This document shows, piece by piece, positions 50,475 to 63,452 of a stretch of DNA of 64,000 bases. The DNA comes from Phoronis australis. Its lineage: Eukaryota > Animalia > Phoronida. Made by a program: the position numbers and the translations under genes. The stretch's first letter is position 1; every line of letters begins with the position of its first letter. The stretch covers positions 483,273 through 547,272 of the forward strand of contig NMRA01000205.1 in the NCBI GenBank assembly GCA_002633005.1, written 5' to 3'. Under the pieces are notes generated by a model. It did no database searches. It was given only the letters and a program-made list of their open reading frames with translations, and was not told the DNA's origin.

Positions 50475-52196
50475 TGACTTGTTTTTTCTTTTGTTCATCT
50501 TTGGTCCTTAATGGTATTGTTGATAGATTTCTGAAAGCAAACTCAGTTTTAAAGTAACCCTTATTGAAGTTGCAGTTTATGTATCTTATTAAAATCAGAG
50601 CCTGTGTATCAGGTGCTATGCTTATATTAACCCACAGGTATTGAAGTCACAGAATGTCTGTCTGCACGCCCGTTTGTCTGGGTCACTAACCTGCTAGTAC
50701 AACGTAATTGCATGTTTATGGAACCTGGGGCGGTGGTCGGTGTTAGATTTGAATGGCAATTGGTTACAAAGATTTTGAATATCGGTTTAGGTTGTTGCAA
50801 ATCCGTCATTGTGCGCAGATTTAAATTTCATTGTGAGGGTTTGTTGGCATTTAGTGGATACGGTTTTTGTTGCAGCAAAGATAAAAAAGGAATTAGAGAA
50901 TTGTGTCCAATTGTGGTGAGCATATAATGTAAGGCGGTATATACATTCAAGTAATATTCTTACCAGGAAAAGCACATATTGGGAGGGAAAAGTTGATTCC
51001 ATGTAAGGTTTGCATGTCACTAATTTAATCCCTGATTATAGATGTTTACTATAAGGAACAAAAACGCTGCCCAGATTGCTATGAAGTCATTTTCTAAGCA
51101 ACTCGGACATAAATCTGAGTTATGGCAAATCACCATGCATCCATGAGCTGCTATCAAAACATCCTATTAACTGGACATTAATCTTTTAATTCCCACTGCA
51201 GTCAACTAATTTCCTTGTAGTTCATTGTAAGAACCCAGTCTCTGGAAATCCTATTCAGTGTTGTGTTCACTGTTGTATAAACCTCTTCCTGGGTCTTCCT
51301 TTGTGTGTTAAGTTTAGTGCAATGAGAAGAGACATATTACAAAGCCAGCAAAATGTCTTTGTTTTACATCAAATCCCTTTAATTATACCCAGGGGAGCCT
51401 ACTTTTCAGCTGTGGTAACTCGGAACAACAGGTGAAGTCATGTTTTCATGCCAACTTAAAACCGGATGATCATTGATGTAAACTGCACATTTGTTACAAC
51501 CTTTTAGACTGGCTTCCCTAGATTGTGGCCACTGAAGGTATCTCATTTTGATGAGTTGGTTGTCAAAGCCATTGCAAGATGATGCTTGGAAAATACTCTG
51601 TAGTCCTAGGTACATATACATATACGGTATACGTATGAACTACATACAGGTAGGAAAGGAACTGAGAACTGCATATAGTGGTAAAATGGCCAATATTTGA
51701 AAAAAAGTCATTATTGACAGCGACACTAGTCGATAACTGAGGTGACGCCGAAGGTCATAACGCATAGCAGCATCAATGTTCCACTGTTAAATTCACCTAC
51801 TGTAGTTTCTGTGAAGTTAACTTCTGCTCTTACTGCTATCCAGGGCCAGAGTTAACTCAGACTGTTTATGCTAACCGACTGACATTCTCAAAGCAACCGA
51901 TTGACATGGTGACGATGATATGAATAGCCCTTTATATTATTAGAAGTGTTTTCCACTACAGTAGGTGCATTTGAAGAATTGGAGCATTTTTTGTGAACTA
52001 TAGTGGATTTAAAATTCGCCTATAAGAATTTGTGATGACGATGATTTTATAATGATGATGATAGTGTTGGATGAAAGTGATCGAAAATGATCCATGCTGC
52101 TTCTGGTCACTGGTGAATACAGTGAGGCATGTGCTTGAAAGTTTTGGAGTCACACGAGATATTGCCTGTGCCTCATGAGTTCAGTCAGTTTATCTG

Positions 52197-52414
52197 TGGT
52201 ATTTCTTCACTAATTTCAAACAAAATCAATTTCCAAAAATTAATGTTTTCACCTTTTTCAAAAGCTGAGCACCTTGCTACAATTAATGGAAACTTTACCA
52301 AATATTGTTTCATAAGTCTACATGGAAGGTACCAAGCTAGCAATATTTTTGTGGGAAATTTGACAAAATAAAATTACACCACATTATTGTGTGATAAATA
52401 GTCGAAGAAATAAG
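52197..52414. mobile_element. Diverged copy of the Tc1/mariner-type MITE
   Basis: GGTATTTCTTCACTAATT...TTTTTGTGGGAAATTTGACAAAATAAAATT...TTGTGTGATAAATA. Confidence 0.55.
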
Positions 52415-52683
52415 ATACTACGGTATACGCCAAAGGTGACCAGACAAAATTCCTTTTTCCTGTCCTGACAGGTTATGATCAGCCAATGTAGCAAATCATG
52501 TTATGAATTCTATAAATACTAAGCTGAGGAGAATTCCACTTGAGCTCCAATTCCAGGTGGTTGCATTCAATTATTTTTGGCATGTCATGCTACTAGGCGG
52601 GCAAAATTCTCAATTTTTTTATCATTTGTGGTTATTCATTCTTTTTCATAATGTGACCAAAATGAATCTTGATTTGACACTAA

Positions 52684-53101
52684 AGTCCCGTCTACACACA
52701 GCCCTACCCTAGAATAACTTGCACTAGTGCAACCCCAATTTTAAATTAAGAGTCCACACACACATCCAATAACTAGGGTAAGGTGGAAGTTGTCGCTCTT
52801 CGCGTGACAATGAACACCTAATGATAGTACAGCACAACAGAAAACCCGACTATATGCAACCGCAGCCGATAATTACCTCCTGCTTTGCCCCAGGTTTGCG
52901 GCCACACAGGAATTAGATGTGGCACAAGTTACCCTTGAACAAGTTACCCTTGAACAAGTTACCTTGCCGCGATAATGTGGAACAAGTTGTCACAAGTAGT
53001 GCAAGTTGCACTAGTTTAAATAGCATCCTCACAGCCTTCAAACCTAGCGACTCGTTCCAGGAGTAACTTGTTCTAGGGTGAGTCTGTGTGTGGATGGCAC
53101 T
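52684..53101. mobile_element. PIF/Harbinger-like MITE with ~40-bp TIRs
   Basis: Left arm AGTCCCGTCTACACACAGCCCTACCCTAGAATAACTT; reverse complement of right arm AGTGCCATCCACACACAGACTCACCCTAGAACAAGTT. TAA/TTA flanks. Internal tandem ACAAGTTACCCTTGA. Confidence 0.65.
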
Positions 53102-53977
53102 TTAAACATCAAAAGTCTGAAAACATCAATCGGTTTGAATTGTCTGCTTAACTTGTGCATTGTAGAACTACAAGTGTTTATTTCAATGTTCATTTACTAA
53201 CTTCGCAGTTAACGAAGGTTATGCAATGCCTGTTGAATGTTCATGGAAATCGAAGTGTCCAGCTAAACTGTTACTAAAGCCATTTTACATGAGGAAGAAT
53301 AGTCACCGTGCGAGTTGTGACCATGAGATGTCAACTTGCTTCTCGTGTTTACACACATCCTTGTGCTTGATCAGCTGTTCCGTGTTAGTCGTTCTGTGTC
53401 GACTGGGCCTCGTGTAAATGCGGTGTGTAACCATCTAGCAGTACCTGATAGGAGCAATAGTTTGATTACCTGTCATATACGGTACATGTTATTTATAACT
53501 GCCTGTCACAATCTGAATCTAGCCTCGTTTCACCTCAACTTACCTGAATTATTCATTTTTTCACCTTTTGGCTACATGACTTTGGGATTTGTTTATGATG
53601 TTTTGCACTGTTAATGTCATTAAAACCGATGTTTTTATAATTTCATTAATTCTTTGTTTTTGAAAATTTTTTCGTATTGTAGCATTTCTTTTGGGTTTCT
53701 TTTACAAAAATACTGTTACTTCTTAGTTACAATATTCATGTAAATTAAAAGAATACTTTGTGTTTTAACTAGGTGTTATTGTATTTTACAACTCTAGCTA
53801 TATACCCTACACGATGTCGCTAAACAGAACGATTCTACAGTGTGGCTTCTCTGAGAAATTTATGTTTGCTTCCATGAAAGGGGCCACAGGAGTCCAGGTT
53901 CTGTACACACTTGTTGGTAATATGACTGGCAGTATTTCAGGTGGGCTATTAGAGCTTGGTTCAATTAATCACACTAA

Positions 53978-54154
53978 CAATTGACCTATCGCAAGCTCCG
54001 CCCCCTTGCAAAATTTCGAAAAACAATAAGTTTTACCCGGTAACGTGTTGTTTGTCAGGTAAGAGGGCGACTTGGAAACGAAGGTGTGTCAAGAATGCTG
54101 CGTTCTAATTGGTCAGTTAAGCGGTCGCTCAAAATCCTGGCGATAGGCCAATTG
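53978..54154. mobile_element. Small TIR element (MITE, 177 bp)
   Basis: 18-bp inverted repeat CAATTGACCTATCGCAAG / CTGGCGATAGGCCAATTG (16/18 match). Confidence 0.6.
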
Positions 54155-55643
54155 ATCTTGAAATATAGAGCAGTTAGAGCAACAATTATTTTGTAATTAT
54201 TAAAACTGGTATCCATCCATCTTCCTTTACAAAGTTCTTTTGTCAGTCACGTATTCTATCAGTTTTCGTTCACAGTTGCAACACCTTGACCTGTTACCAT
54301 TTCATCATTTATGGTTCAATTCCAAACTTCTGTTAAAAATTCCTTCATTTAGAAGACTGAAAGTCAGATTGTTAAAATCAAAGAGCTCAGAGTTACACTT
54401 GGCGTAATACAACTCACAAGGCCAAAGACAATGATGCCACTGACATCAATGAGAAAGCGGAAATATCATCATCTTCATCATCATCTTCATCTTCATCTAC
54501 GTTTGGAAGTTACAACGTCCTTTTTAATGTTCTCCAGAAAATGAGAAGTGACATATTGCGTACAAATTTCAGGGAAATCAAACAATAAATATGGTTCTAG
54601 TTGTGCAAATGACAACAAACGTCTAGATCCCTAAGACAACTACTGCAAGCGCTGCCAACATGCAAGCTTCGAAGCTTAGTCATCAGTACACCTTGAATAC
54701 CTCTAGAGAGAAACAGATCACACACTTCTGGTAGTTACATATCAAGTTTCAGGGAAGATCTGTTGAAGGACGCCGGTGCTTTGGCACAAAACTGGATGGA
54801 TGAAAGAGAAGTGGCAGGAAAATTTTGAATAATTTGAGAATAGAAGATCATTGCGAGAAGTGGATGCCACGTTTCGGATAATCCTCGAGTTTTATTGAGT
54901 AACAAAATTTCAAAAGAATTTCCCACAGGACCACGAATCAGATTTATTAAAAAAAAAATCTGTCTTAAGCGGCGTTAATTATCCACTTTCATCCAGAAAC
55001 AATAAACGTTGAGCTATTGATGACTTACATGATGTGAGTAAATTTCATGTTGATTGGTCGTTCAAATGAAAGGAAATTAGAACATCGTCGTTCTTAAACC
55101 CCGAGACGACTATTAAACTGAAAAAATCAATCAATCAATAAAAGTAGTCTTCAGAAAATTTTGAACAAGAAGTCATAGAGAGAAATGCGACGACACATTA
55201 CAGTCCTTGACAAGAACTATCCTCATGCAAAATTTCAGCTTCCCTGAAAGTACTCAGAAAATCGAAAATTGTATGGATATCACCTCAGAAAAACAGACCT
55301 CAGTCTTTTCACGAGGTTTTTGTTGTGTGCAAATTTTATGTCAATCTTACAGAAAATGTGACCTGAAGGATATGTACAATTAAAATATAAAAAGTTCAGA
55401 CACAGCAATATCTTGGCAAGTTTCATTTTGACAAGTACTTATTTTAAAACACGTGATAGTGTTTGGTCATTCAAATCAAATTTACAAATTACTGGTGCTT
55501 GAAATTATAGGAATGGCTTCACAAGGAACATGTCTGTTACATACATCAAATACTGATTGCTTTAGGTCATAAAACTGATATCTGCATCCCTGCCAAATTG
55601 ACCATGATACCTGATAAAGTTGGTATTTTCATGTAGCTTCACA

Positions 55644-55880
55644 CAGTAATTAAATGTGAAACTCATTTAGCACGCAATGTGACCAACGTGAAATTCTATT
55701 TCGTGAAATTTCTCCACAAATGTGAAGATTACGAACATTTTAGTCTTATTACAAGCATGGATTGTGGTGTGTAGATGTCAAGAAACAACATTTGCTACAA
55801 CGCAAAGGATAATCAGCCTTTGAAAAATGTAAATTTGACAATTTAGGCAATTATTTTTTGTGCTAAGTAAGTAGAGCATA
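55644..55880. mobile_element. Diverged copy of the Tc1/mariner-type MITE (inverted orientation)
   Basis: CATTTAGCACGCAATGTG...GAAATTTCTCCACAAA...TGACAATTTAGGCAATTATTTTTTGTGCTAAGTAAGT. Confidence 0.6.
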
Positions 55881-58800
55881 AGTCTGCCCTAGTCTCAGTC
55901 ACAAAATTGGTTCCAGGTGATCAGTGTAATGGGCCCGCATGCGCGGCCTGCGAATGTCTGGTACAACGTGTACCAGACCGCCAACAATTATTTTTTATTT
56001 ATATCGGTCCCCCGTGGCAGTATTTACCCACAATGCTGCACATTTGTCAGGCGCTTGGCCTACTACTGTTCATAGTTGTTTTCCTGGTACTACATTGAAT
56101 CAAATCTATTTGACAGTGCGTTATACCGTACAATGTCATTGAGTGGCACATCAATTTTTTAAGGTGAGGTAGGCTGAGATGTATTGTTCATTGGTTGTTG
56201 GATTCAGTTCAGAATTGTGTTGGTTGCCTAACTTATGGAAAATTAAGTTTTGCATTTAATTCTGCAAAAGATGAATGTTGAATCCAAAATGCGAATTTGC
56301 TAATGTCAAAGAAGCCTACATACAGGGTGATCAAAGACACTTGAACCCGCAAAATTTTGAACTAAACTCTAAATTCTAATTCTTCCATAAAGAACAAAGA
56401 AATTCAATGCAAGATGTATGCTTATAACACAGAAAGACTATGCATAGATTGAAGTTTATGTCAACAAACTTCTTAAAATCGATGGATTTGTATTGGATTG
56501 GTTATGTGCAATTTCTTTGAGTTCTGTTTGCTTTGGGTCACCCTGTATTCATTTCCTACACATCCCTTTGAGTAACAAGGTGTGCAAACAGATGGTGTTA
56601 CCCAGACAAGATGGTCAGCTTGTTGTGTTTATTCTCAATTTCATGAATGTGTTAAGTATTCCCATCCACAGCTGTGCAGAGCTTGTGAAAATTTCAAGAG
56701 TCTCGAATTGAAACTGTCAGTGACACCTTGATGGTGCTGAGACCAACCTCATCTTGAGTTTGACATTCATTGATTTACTGATCTGCCTCGTAAATGCACT
56801 TTGTAGAGGCGAGAGACATGAGACTCTTATTTGTAGATAACTAGCAAGATAAATACCATAACTGAATGTCGTGTTTTGAGATCACGGAAAGCATCGTCCA
56901 TTTCATCTGTTCTCAGATTTTGTTATACTGTCAGAACACCTGGCTAATGGCTGATGCGCGATGTCTTGCACACACGTGCACTGATATTTTGCTATGTTGG
57001 CGATTTTGCACGATTCATTTGAAAATCAGTCAGTACATCAGAGGCAACGAAAATTTAACATCATTAAAATTCATCCAACTGCTTGACAATTGTCGGTCCA
57101 CCGCTTGTCAAGTAATAGTGGCACTGGAGGTTTTTTCCATTAAAGACTTTCCACATATCTGAGCAGTATCACACGGCTATTTCAAGGCCTCCTGCTATAT
57201 TAGAGAAAAAGCCATTCCACATTCCAGGTTTCATATATTTTTAGGGCACATTCGTCAACTTCTTGGGGGAAATCTTTTCAATTTGAACTAGAACGATTAC
57301 CACCTCCGTCGATATCAGCTGACAGATTAGAACTTTGCTGCAAAGCATTCTCTCCATCCTGTATCGGGGATTTTTTGAATTATTAAATGCAGTACCACCC
57401 ACAGAATTAGGAAGCAATAGTAATTAATGTTCTAATTTTGATAATGGCTTTCTGACTCCCCTTGCACTTCAGAATGGTACCGTGCAATATACATCGCAGT
57501 TTGCAGTTACAAATATCATTCCAATTAATTAACTGATGCTTAGTTTTGTTGACTGGGCTCCACCTGATTACAGTGATTACGTGATTAATCTGTCACGTGC
57601 TACTGATCCCATGTTTAAGGGTGGACACCACCCCCAATGGAGGGTCATATACAAGACCCGTCACACAAATAATACACTCCAAACCCCTGTGCCTTCTCAC
57701 CATTTCATATGCTAACCAGCAAGTTGTCTTTGATGTTCATTATTAAACATTTATACTTTGCTGTAGATGAGGTAATGTTTTATTTACGACTACATTAAAA
57801 ACCATCAAACGACTTGCCAGATGGAATCTCGAAATAATTCAATAATTTGTGATACCCCCTTTGATTTGAAACCCTGAGATGCCAGAAAAGCGGTGCAAAT
57901 TTTATGGGTACAGTACCCACCAAAATTAATTAGATAAAATACCGTTTCCTGTCTGTAATGACTGACCGGGAATTCTGGGTCTTTTGTCTGATTATTTTTG
58001 GCATGTAATGTATTTAGCTTGGGTTAACAGAATTTTCAATAGTTTTACCTGTGTTTTGTATTGTAAAGCGTTCCTACCATGGATTTTTGCACTTTCAGAG
58101 GTTTTGTATATGTATAAAAATTTTATAACAAAATCTAACTAAACAGGCACTTATTTTGAGAAATAATTGAGGAATTTTGAAATTTAAAGAAAAATTAATG
58201 ATTGTTAGGTTTTCTGCCACGTGATGTCATCAGTTGAGGTCGTTGATCAGTTGACTGTACACTGCGGATGGTAGATCTGTATAAAATCGCTGACAATTAC
58301 CAGCAGGATACATCCAGGTGGAAGTTTTAAGTTTAGCCACACACACACCTGGCTAACATGTCATTGTTTGTTAACAGCTCCCCCCCCTTAATAGAAGTCC
58401 CCGTGGAACCTAATCTTATACTTGAGCTACAATAATACTATGTTTTGAAATTTTGTGGCCATTGACAAGAATGATAGATCTCCTTGGAAACTGAATAGAC
58501 TACAATTTTGGTAATTGTTTCTTGTCCAAAACTGGGGAGGTTTTTGTATGTATTTTTACCCCTTCTTTCTTATCTCAGTTCATGGGGCCATGTCTTTAGA
58601 TATGTGACTTCGTGGATCGTTAGTACATAGGTTAGTACCAATCAGGTCTCGTAAATAAATCAAGAGATGTGCAACCCACATTAATTATTCATGAACAGTT
58701 TGACAGCTTAATTATTTAGTCAAACCGAACAATGACTGACAGTTTTTTACAGAGTCGGGCCATCCTTTCTTGATATGTGTTGCCGAAATCGAGAAATGTT

Positions 58801-60761
58801 TTTGTCAAATGTTATGTGGCTGTAATATAGACTAGGGAATGGGCTGGTTCGCTGTCCGAAGATAAGTTTTACCGCCATGTAATCCTGCGATTTGTGCTAA
58901 ATAATGTGCATAAAATCCATTACATCTGTACTGTAATACAGTAACTCTCCACTTTTTTGCACAAAGTGAATTAAATGCATTTTCCTGACAGTTGGGGTGT
59001 GCCAAATAACTGAACGTACAGACTTCGTAGTTGAGGGATTTGTGAAATCACCCGGGTAACCAAGTTTCAACAAATTGTGAATTAAACAAAGTGCAGCCTG
59101 CCGTTGTCAATGTGATCCAATTAACAGCAGTTACATTTCTTTATCCTGTTCCAATGTGAGAGTACTGTACCCTATCGTTGGTGAAACTCTCTTTTGAGCA
59201 TACGACTTTGAGTGACAACACGATCATCCATGTCATTGTTTCGCCTCATATTTACAGCAGCGTGAGATATCCCATATATTCAATTGGATGAATTAAGTGG
59301 TGAAGATACAATGTCTAGGCCATATCAACCCAGTTGTTAAAGAGGTGTGTATTACTAGAATTAATTAATAGGCTTTGGGTTGATGTTTTCCAAAGGGCAA
59401 AACTGACTGCGCGAATTAGATGAGGCAAGAAATTCCCCCCAAGTAGCCTCTTGCAAAATAATTTTGAGCGTTCAAAATGTGAGTGGGGAGTATTACTGTA
59501 CTCGATATTAGTCATTCTTCGCTCCCTCTTAAACCCATATACATTATGTAACTTTTTATTTATTTTTTTACTCCTTCGAATTTTGAGTGCATGTTGCTAT
59601 TCCGTTGAATATGTGTGTACCCTCAACTTGTTGTGAGAGACAGACAAGGCCTTTGAGAGGTTACTACCCCCAGTTTGCCAGTGTCAATAATTACTGTAAT
59701 TCGCCTGTTTGCTTGCTGCCAATTATTTTTGTTGAGCAATGCTTTTTACTAGCCAGTTAATGTTTGTTGTTGAATGAATGGGGGACTATAGGTTTAAGGG
59801 CTGATCACCTCTCAACATCCACTTTAGTGGGGGGGCATTACATGGTTAAGACAGGCCAACTTTTTTGGGGGGGTTAATTATTTAAACCTCGCTTCAATTT
59901 CATAATATTTAATGCTGTTTGCTTTTTGATGTGACAGCTTTGGTTTAAGTTGTAGGTGTCTGTGGATACATTTGACTAGAATCTTGCTTTTTCTCTTTGT
60001 CCAACATAAGTAGCAGACATGCTACCTGATCACCCCTCGGGTCATAGTGGAATCTCCTATTATGTGACTGGTCAGTTGTGTCTGGCACATTGAAGACAGT
60101 TCAATGAGTTACATGTTGACAGGCCAGTTTGGAAGGACCTTTGATGCCACATCATGGAGGAAATGGCAACAGATCCCAACCAGAATTTCATCAAGTAGGG
60201 CAGTCGGTTGTATAGAAGTGTGACTGGGAAAAACCTTTTCAGCTGTGACTGTAGTCACCACTAGTTGCGGTTTCAAACGTTTGTCAGGAGTTGAGTGACT
60301 GGGAAGAAGATGGGATTAGAGCTGTAACTTAGTTTAGATTGAGTTATCAACCTGGTGAAGTCATTGGTTGGGAGGATTTTTTATTGATGTCTTGATATTC
60401 CTCTGATACACCCAGGACTTTTTAATTAAGAGTCGTGTATCTAATCACATTAATCTCCATGAAGACATTCCCTGCGCTGACTAGGAAACATATGGTTACA
60501 ACGAAGTATCTCTCAACCTTTGAGGCATGGGGAGTATAAAGGCACTTCTCAATCCTTCAACGCATTGGGTGTGTTTTTGAAATGCCGGCTGCACCCCTGA
60601 GTTCCTATGCCATTCACAGCTGCTAACAAAGGAATGCTATTAGGGTGAGAGTTTAAACGCTGTTCCGCCATCGCCTGGCAGCCGACAAGCCACTACTCAT
60701 CCATCCCATTCTCTGGTATTGACGCACTATTTTGTTGACGGCATCGACTGCTATTTTGTAG

Positions 60762-60931
60762 GTCTTCTAGCATGAACTCCCCCGTGGAGCCGGACGCCGA
60801 CGCCATCAAGATGTTCGTCGGCCAGATCCCGCGGACGATGAACGAAGACGATCTCCGCGAGATGTTCGAGGAGTTTGGCATCGTCTGCCATCTCAACGTG
60901 TTACGTGATAAAAAGACGGGCGAAAGCAAAG
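60762..60931 (+). CDS. CELF2: CUGBP/Elav-like family member 1/2 (Bruno/ETR-1 type), exon encoding the N-terminal half of RRM1; gene continues beyond the window
   Basis: ttttgTAG acceptor (AG 60760-60761) and AAG|GTGAG donor (60932). Translation [56 protein letters not shown](G) carries the [15 protein letters not shown] signature of the CELF1/2 subfamily. The intron interrupts the Gly before CCFVTF. Probably the single invertebrate CELF1/2 pro-ortholog, so the symbol is approximate. Confidence 0.93.
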
Positions 60932-62835
60932 GTGAGCATTTATAACTCGCAAGCTTCTTTGGCATAAAAATCCATTGGAAATGTTGTCGCTGTTCCTGTT
61001 TGATTTATACATGAATTTGTGTGATGATGTATTGGATTTTGTGGCTGGTGTTGAGAGTAACCAAACTGCAGAATTTCTCCCAAAATCTTAACCATGCAAC
61101 GGGGGGGAGGGGGTTAGGTTATCTGTTGGCTCCCCGGTTGGTATAATTTATGAACTGTTGGCTGACTGCACTGTTGCACTATGATTATTACGTCAAATAT
61201 TTATCCGGTCTTGGCTTTGGCAGGACTTGATAGGTAATCTTAAAAAATTTATCAACTGGCGCTCCAACATTCTAGAGAATGCACAGCAAGTATTGTCAGT
61301 GCTCAACACTGTTTAAATTTGTCTGGAATTTCACTTGTAAGATATGGTTATGTAAGCTATTTAATTTTACTTCATTTTCACAAAAATTCTGTACGTTCTG
61401 CAAGTTACAACCCAACTTCTGCATAACGAAGCCTTCCTTTTAGCCTGACCACATAATTTATTGTCCTTGGGTACTTGTCTGTTATCTGCTATAGACTATT
61501 TTTGGATAGGTAAAATCTACAATACAAACCGATGAGTGGAATTTTATTTTATCACTTCTCCATTGAGCATATGTTGTACCAAAAGTAAATTCATTTCCAT
61601 GTTAAATGTTCATATCACAGCAACCATTAGACTGAGTTTTGCAGTTTTAGAAACTGTTGAAAATGAAGAAGGCAATATTGGAAGTTAAGTTTGTCTGAAA
61701 TTGCTGAAATTTACTGTACTGGAAGAAAAATAAACATGATATACCTAAGTCAGGTGTTGTAAGGGTCTTGGGTGTTGCCTCTGTCCAGCAGTGGGTGATG
61801 GCCAAGCTAATGTCTGGCTGCTCTGAAAACTGATAATTAGGTCCTAGGTCAACTGAACAAAGGAAATGCGAGACTGGTCAGCTTGAAGCAGGTAGTTGGA
61901 GCTTCATTTTCAGTTCATTACACTACGCTTGTGCATTCCATGAGATACTCTAATGCTATCTTGAACTCATCATTGGCAGTCTTGTTAGTGAACATCAGCA
62001 CCCTATTGTTTATTGTATTTTCAGTTATAAACAAACATTTTTTTAACTGAAGTTCTAAAGGAATCTAGGCAATAAACTCTGCCGTGTGAAAAGATAGTGA
62101 ATGGACACCCTAGTTTCTCAAAATTTAGGGCACACCCTGTCTAGAAATTAGGATAAATTTATCTCCTGGCGGAAATTCTTACTGTTGACTGTTTGCCTGG
62201 CCAAGGCTATGCCATCAATCTTGTTAAGTCTGTCTCTGGCTCTCTCCAGGTATTGCAGGCATCTTGTTAGCCCTATCTAGGCCATGTTTACATAGTTTAT
62301 CACAAAAGTATGGTCTGCTGACCACCTTACATAATGCCTTGTCTTCTCTAATCTGAGGATATAGTTGGTGACCAACAGATAGCTGGCCACACTAATAGTG
62401 CCTAGTCTTGCATCTCATGTACTGATGGCATCGGACAAAGGTGAAATCTCGCCACTTTTTGAAAAAAAGGATTGCCTGATTCGTCTTCTTAGATTGCTGT
62501 GATTCCATACAATTTTTCAAAATATTTTTCAATGCTTAGTATGGTAAAGAATTTGAAGATGGTTGAACATTACTTTCGTGTTACTTATCGTTTATGAAAA
62601 AAGTGGAAAAAATAGAATTTTATTTGTCAGTTGTTTTAAATCATATTTTGGTGAGATTTTATCGTTGCTCTACAGTCTGCCCTCGTTCTTTTCACAAGAG
62701 CCTTTATTATTGTTAGGAATACCCACAGTATAGTTTATAGTATATTTTATACCACAATATTAGCGTCAAATGGCAGATACAACCGTGTAATAACCCATAA
62801 AGTTATCTCACTAGTGAGATAACGATTTGGCGGGA

Positions 62836-62907
62836 AACCGAGGACGGAGTCGAACCCGGGACCTTGAGTTAGCTGGTCGCCGACCTTAACCACTGCACCA
62901 CGCAGCA
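62836..62907 (-). pseudogene. tRNA-derived sequence with intact Pol III A and B boxes; not a functional tRNA
   Basis: Minus strand TGGTGCAGTGG (62900-62890) and GGTTCGACTCC (62856-62846) at tRNA-like spacing. The acceptor stem does not pair. Confidence 0.6.
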
Positions 62908-63452
62908 GCTGACGTCATCAAGAGTGAAAATAGAATACTTAAATGAGCACGCGCAATAATTGCACGTTCAACAAACCGCATAGTACTGTACTTATACGCT
63001 ACGAAAAATAAGACACATAATTTTCAAAAAAATGATATCTTAATTCAGTGAAATTTTTCTCTCATGTCCTCTTACTTGTAAATCACCGATCTCCAGTTTG
63101 AATGCGGGTATCGTGTCGTCAGGATCTTTGACTTGAGAATTATAGTCAGTTACCAGTGGTAACCTACTTTAGCAGACGATAATTTCCCGGTCGAAGCTTA
63201 GCGTAAAAAAACGCGTTTTAAGCTATAATAGTTGGTAAACCTTAATTTATAAATTCAGTTTATTTCTATTATATTTAAGTTTTCAATTGGTTTTGAGTAA
63301 AAGCATTATTTGACAAAAATAGCCCGGCTTTTCTTAAAAGGTCACGACCTCCGACCCCGGGCCTCTGACATAGAAAGTAGTTACAAAGCCGTGGAGAGTC
63401 AGAAAAGGTAAATCGATTCATTGCAATGTTTCTCGTTTAGTATGTGGTATAA

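Noticed and set aside
54465-54500. Acidic DEDEDDEDDD coding exon on the minus strand
   Set aside because: A TCA/TCT triplet run flanked by stops with no splice signals. At most a decayed TE fragment.
56600-57230. LINE endonuclease remnant on the minus strand (WNVEWL, DSFNSR)
   Set aside because: Only two weak motif matches. Needs TBLASTN before it can be called.
60693-60965. 90-aa minus-strand ORF
   Set aside because: Antisense shadow of the GC-rich CELF exon.
62836-62907. Functional tRNA gene
   Set aside because: A and B boxes are present but the acceptor stem does not pair and the T stem is imperfect.
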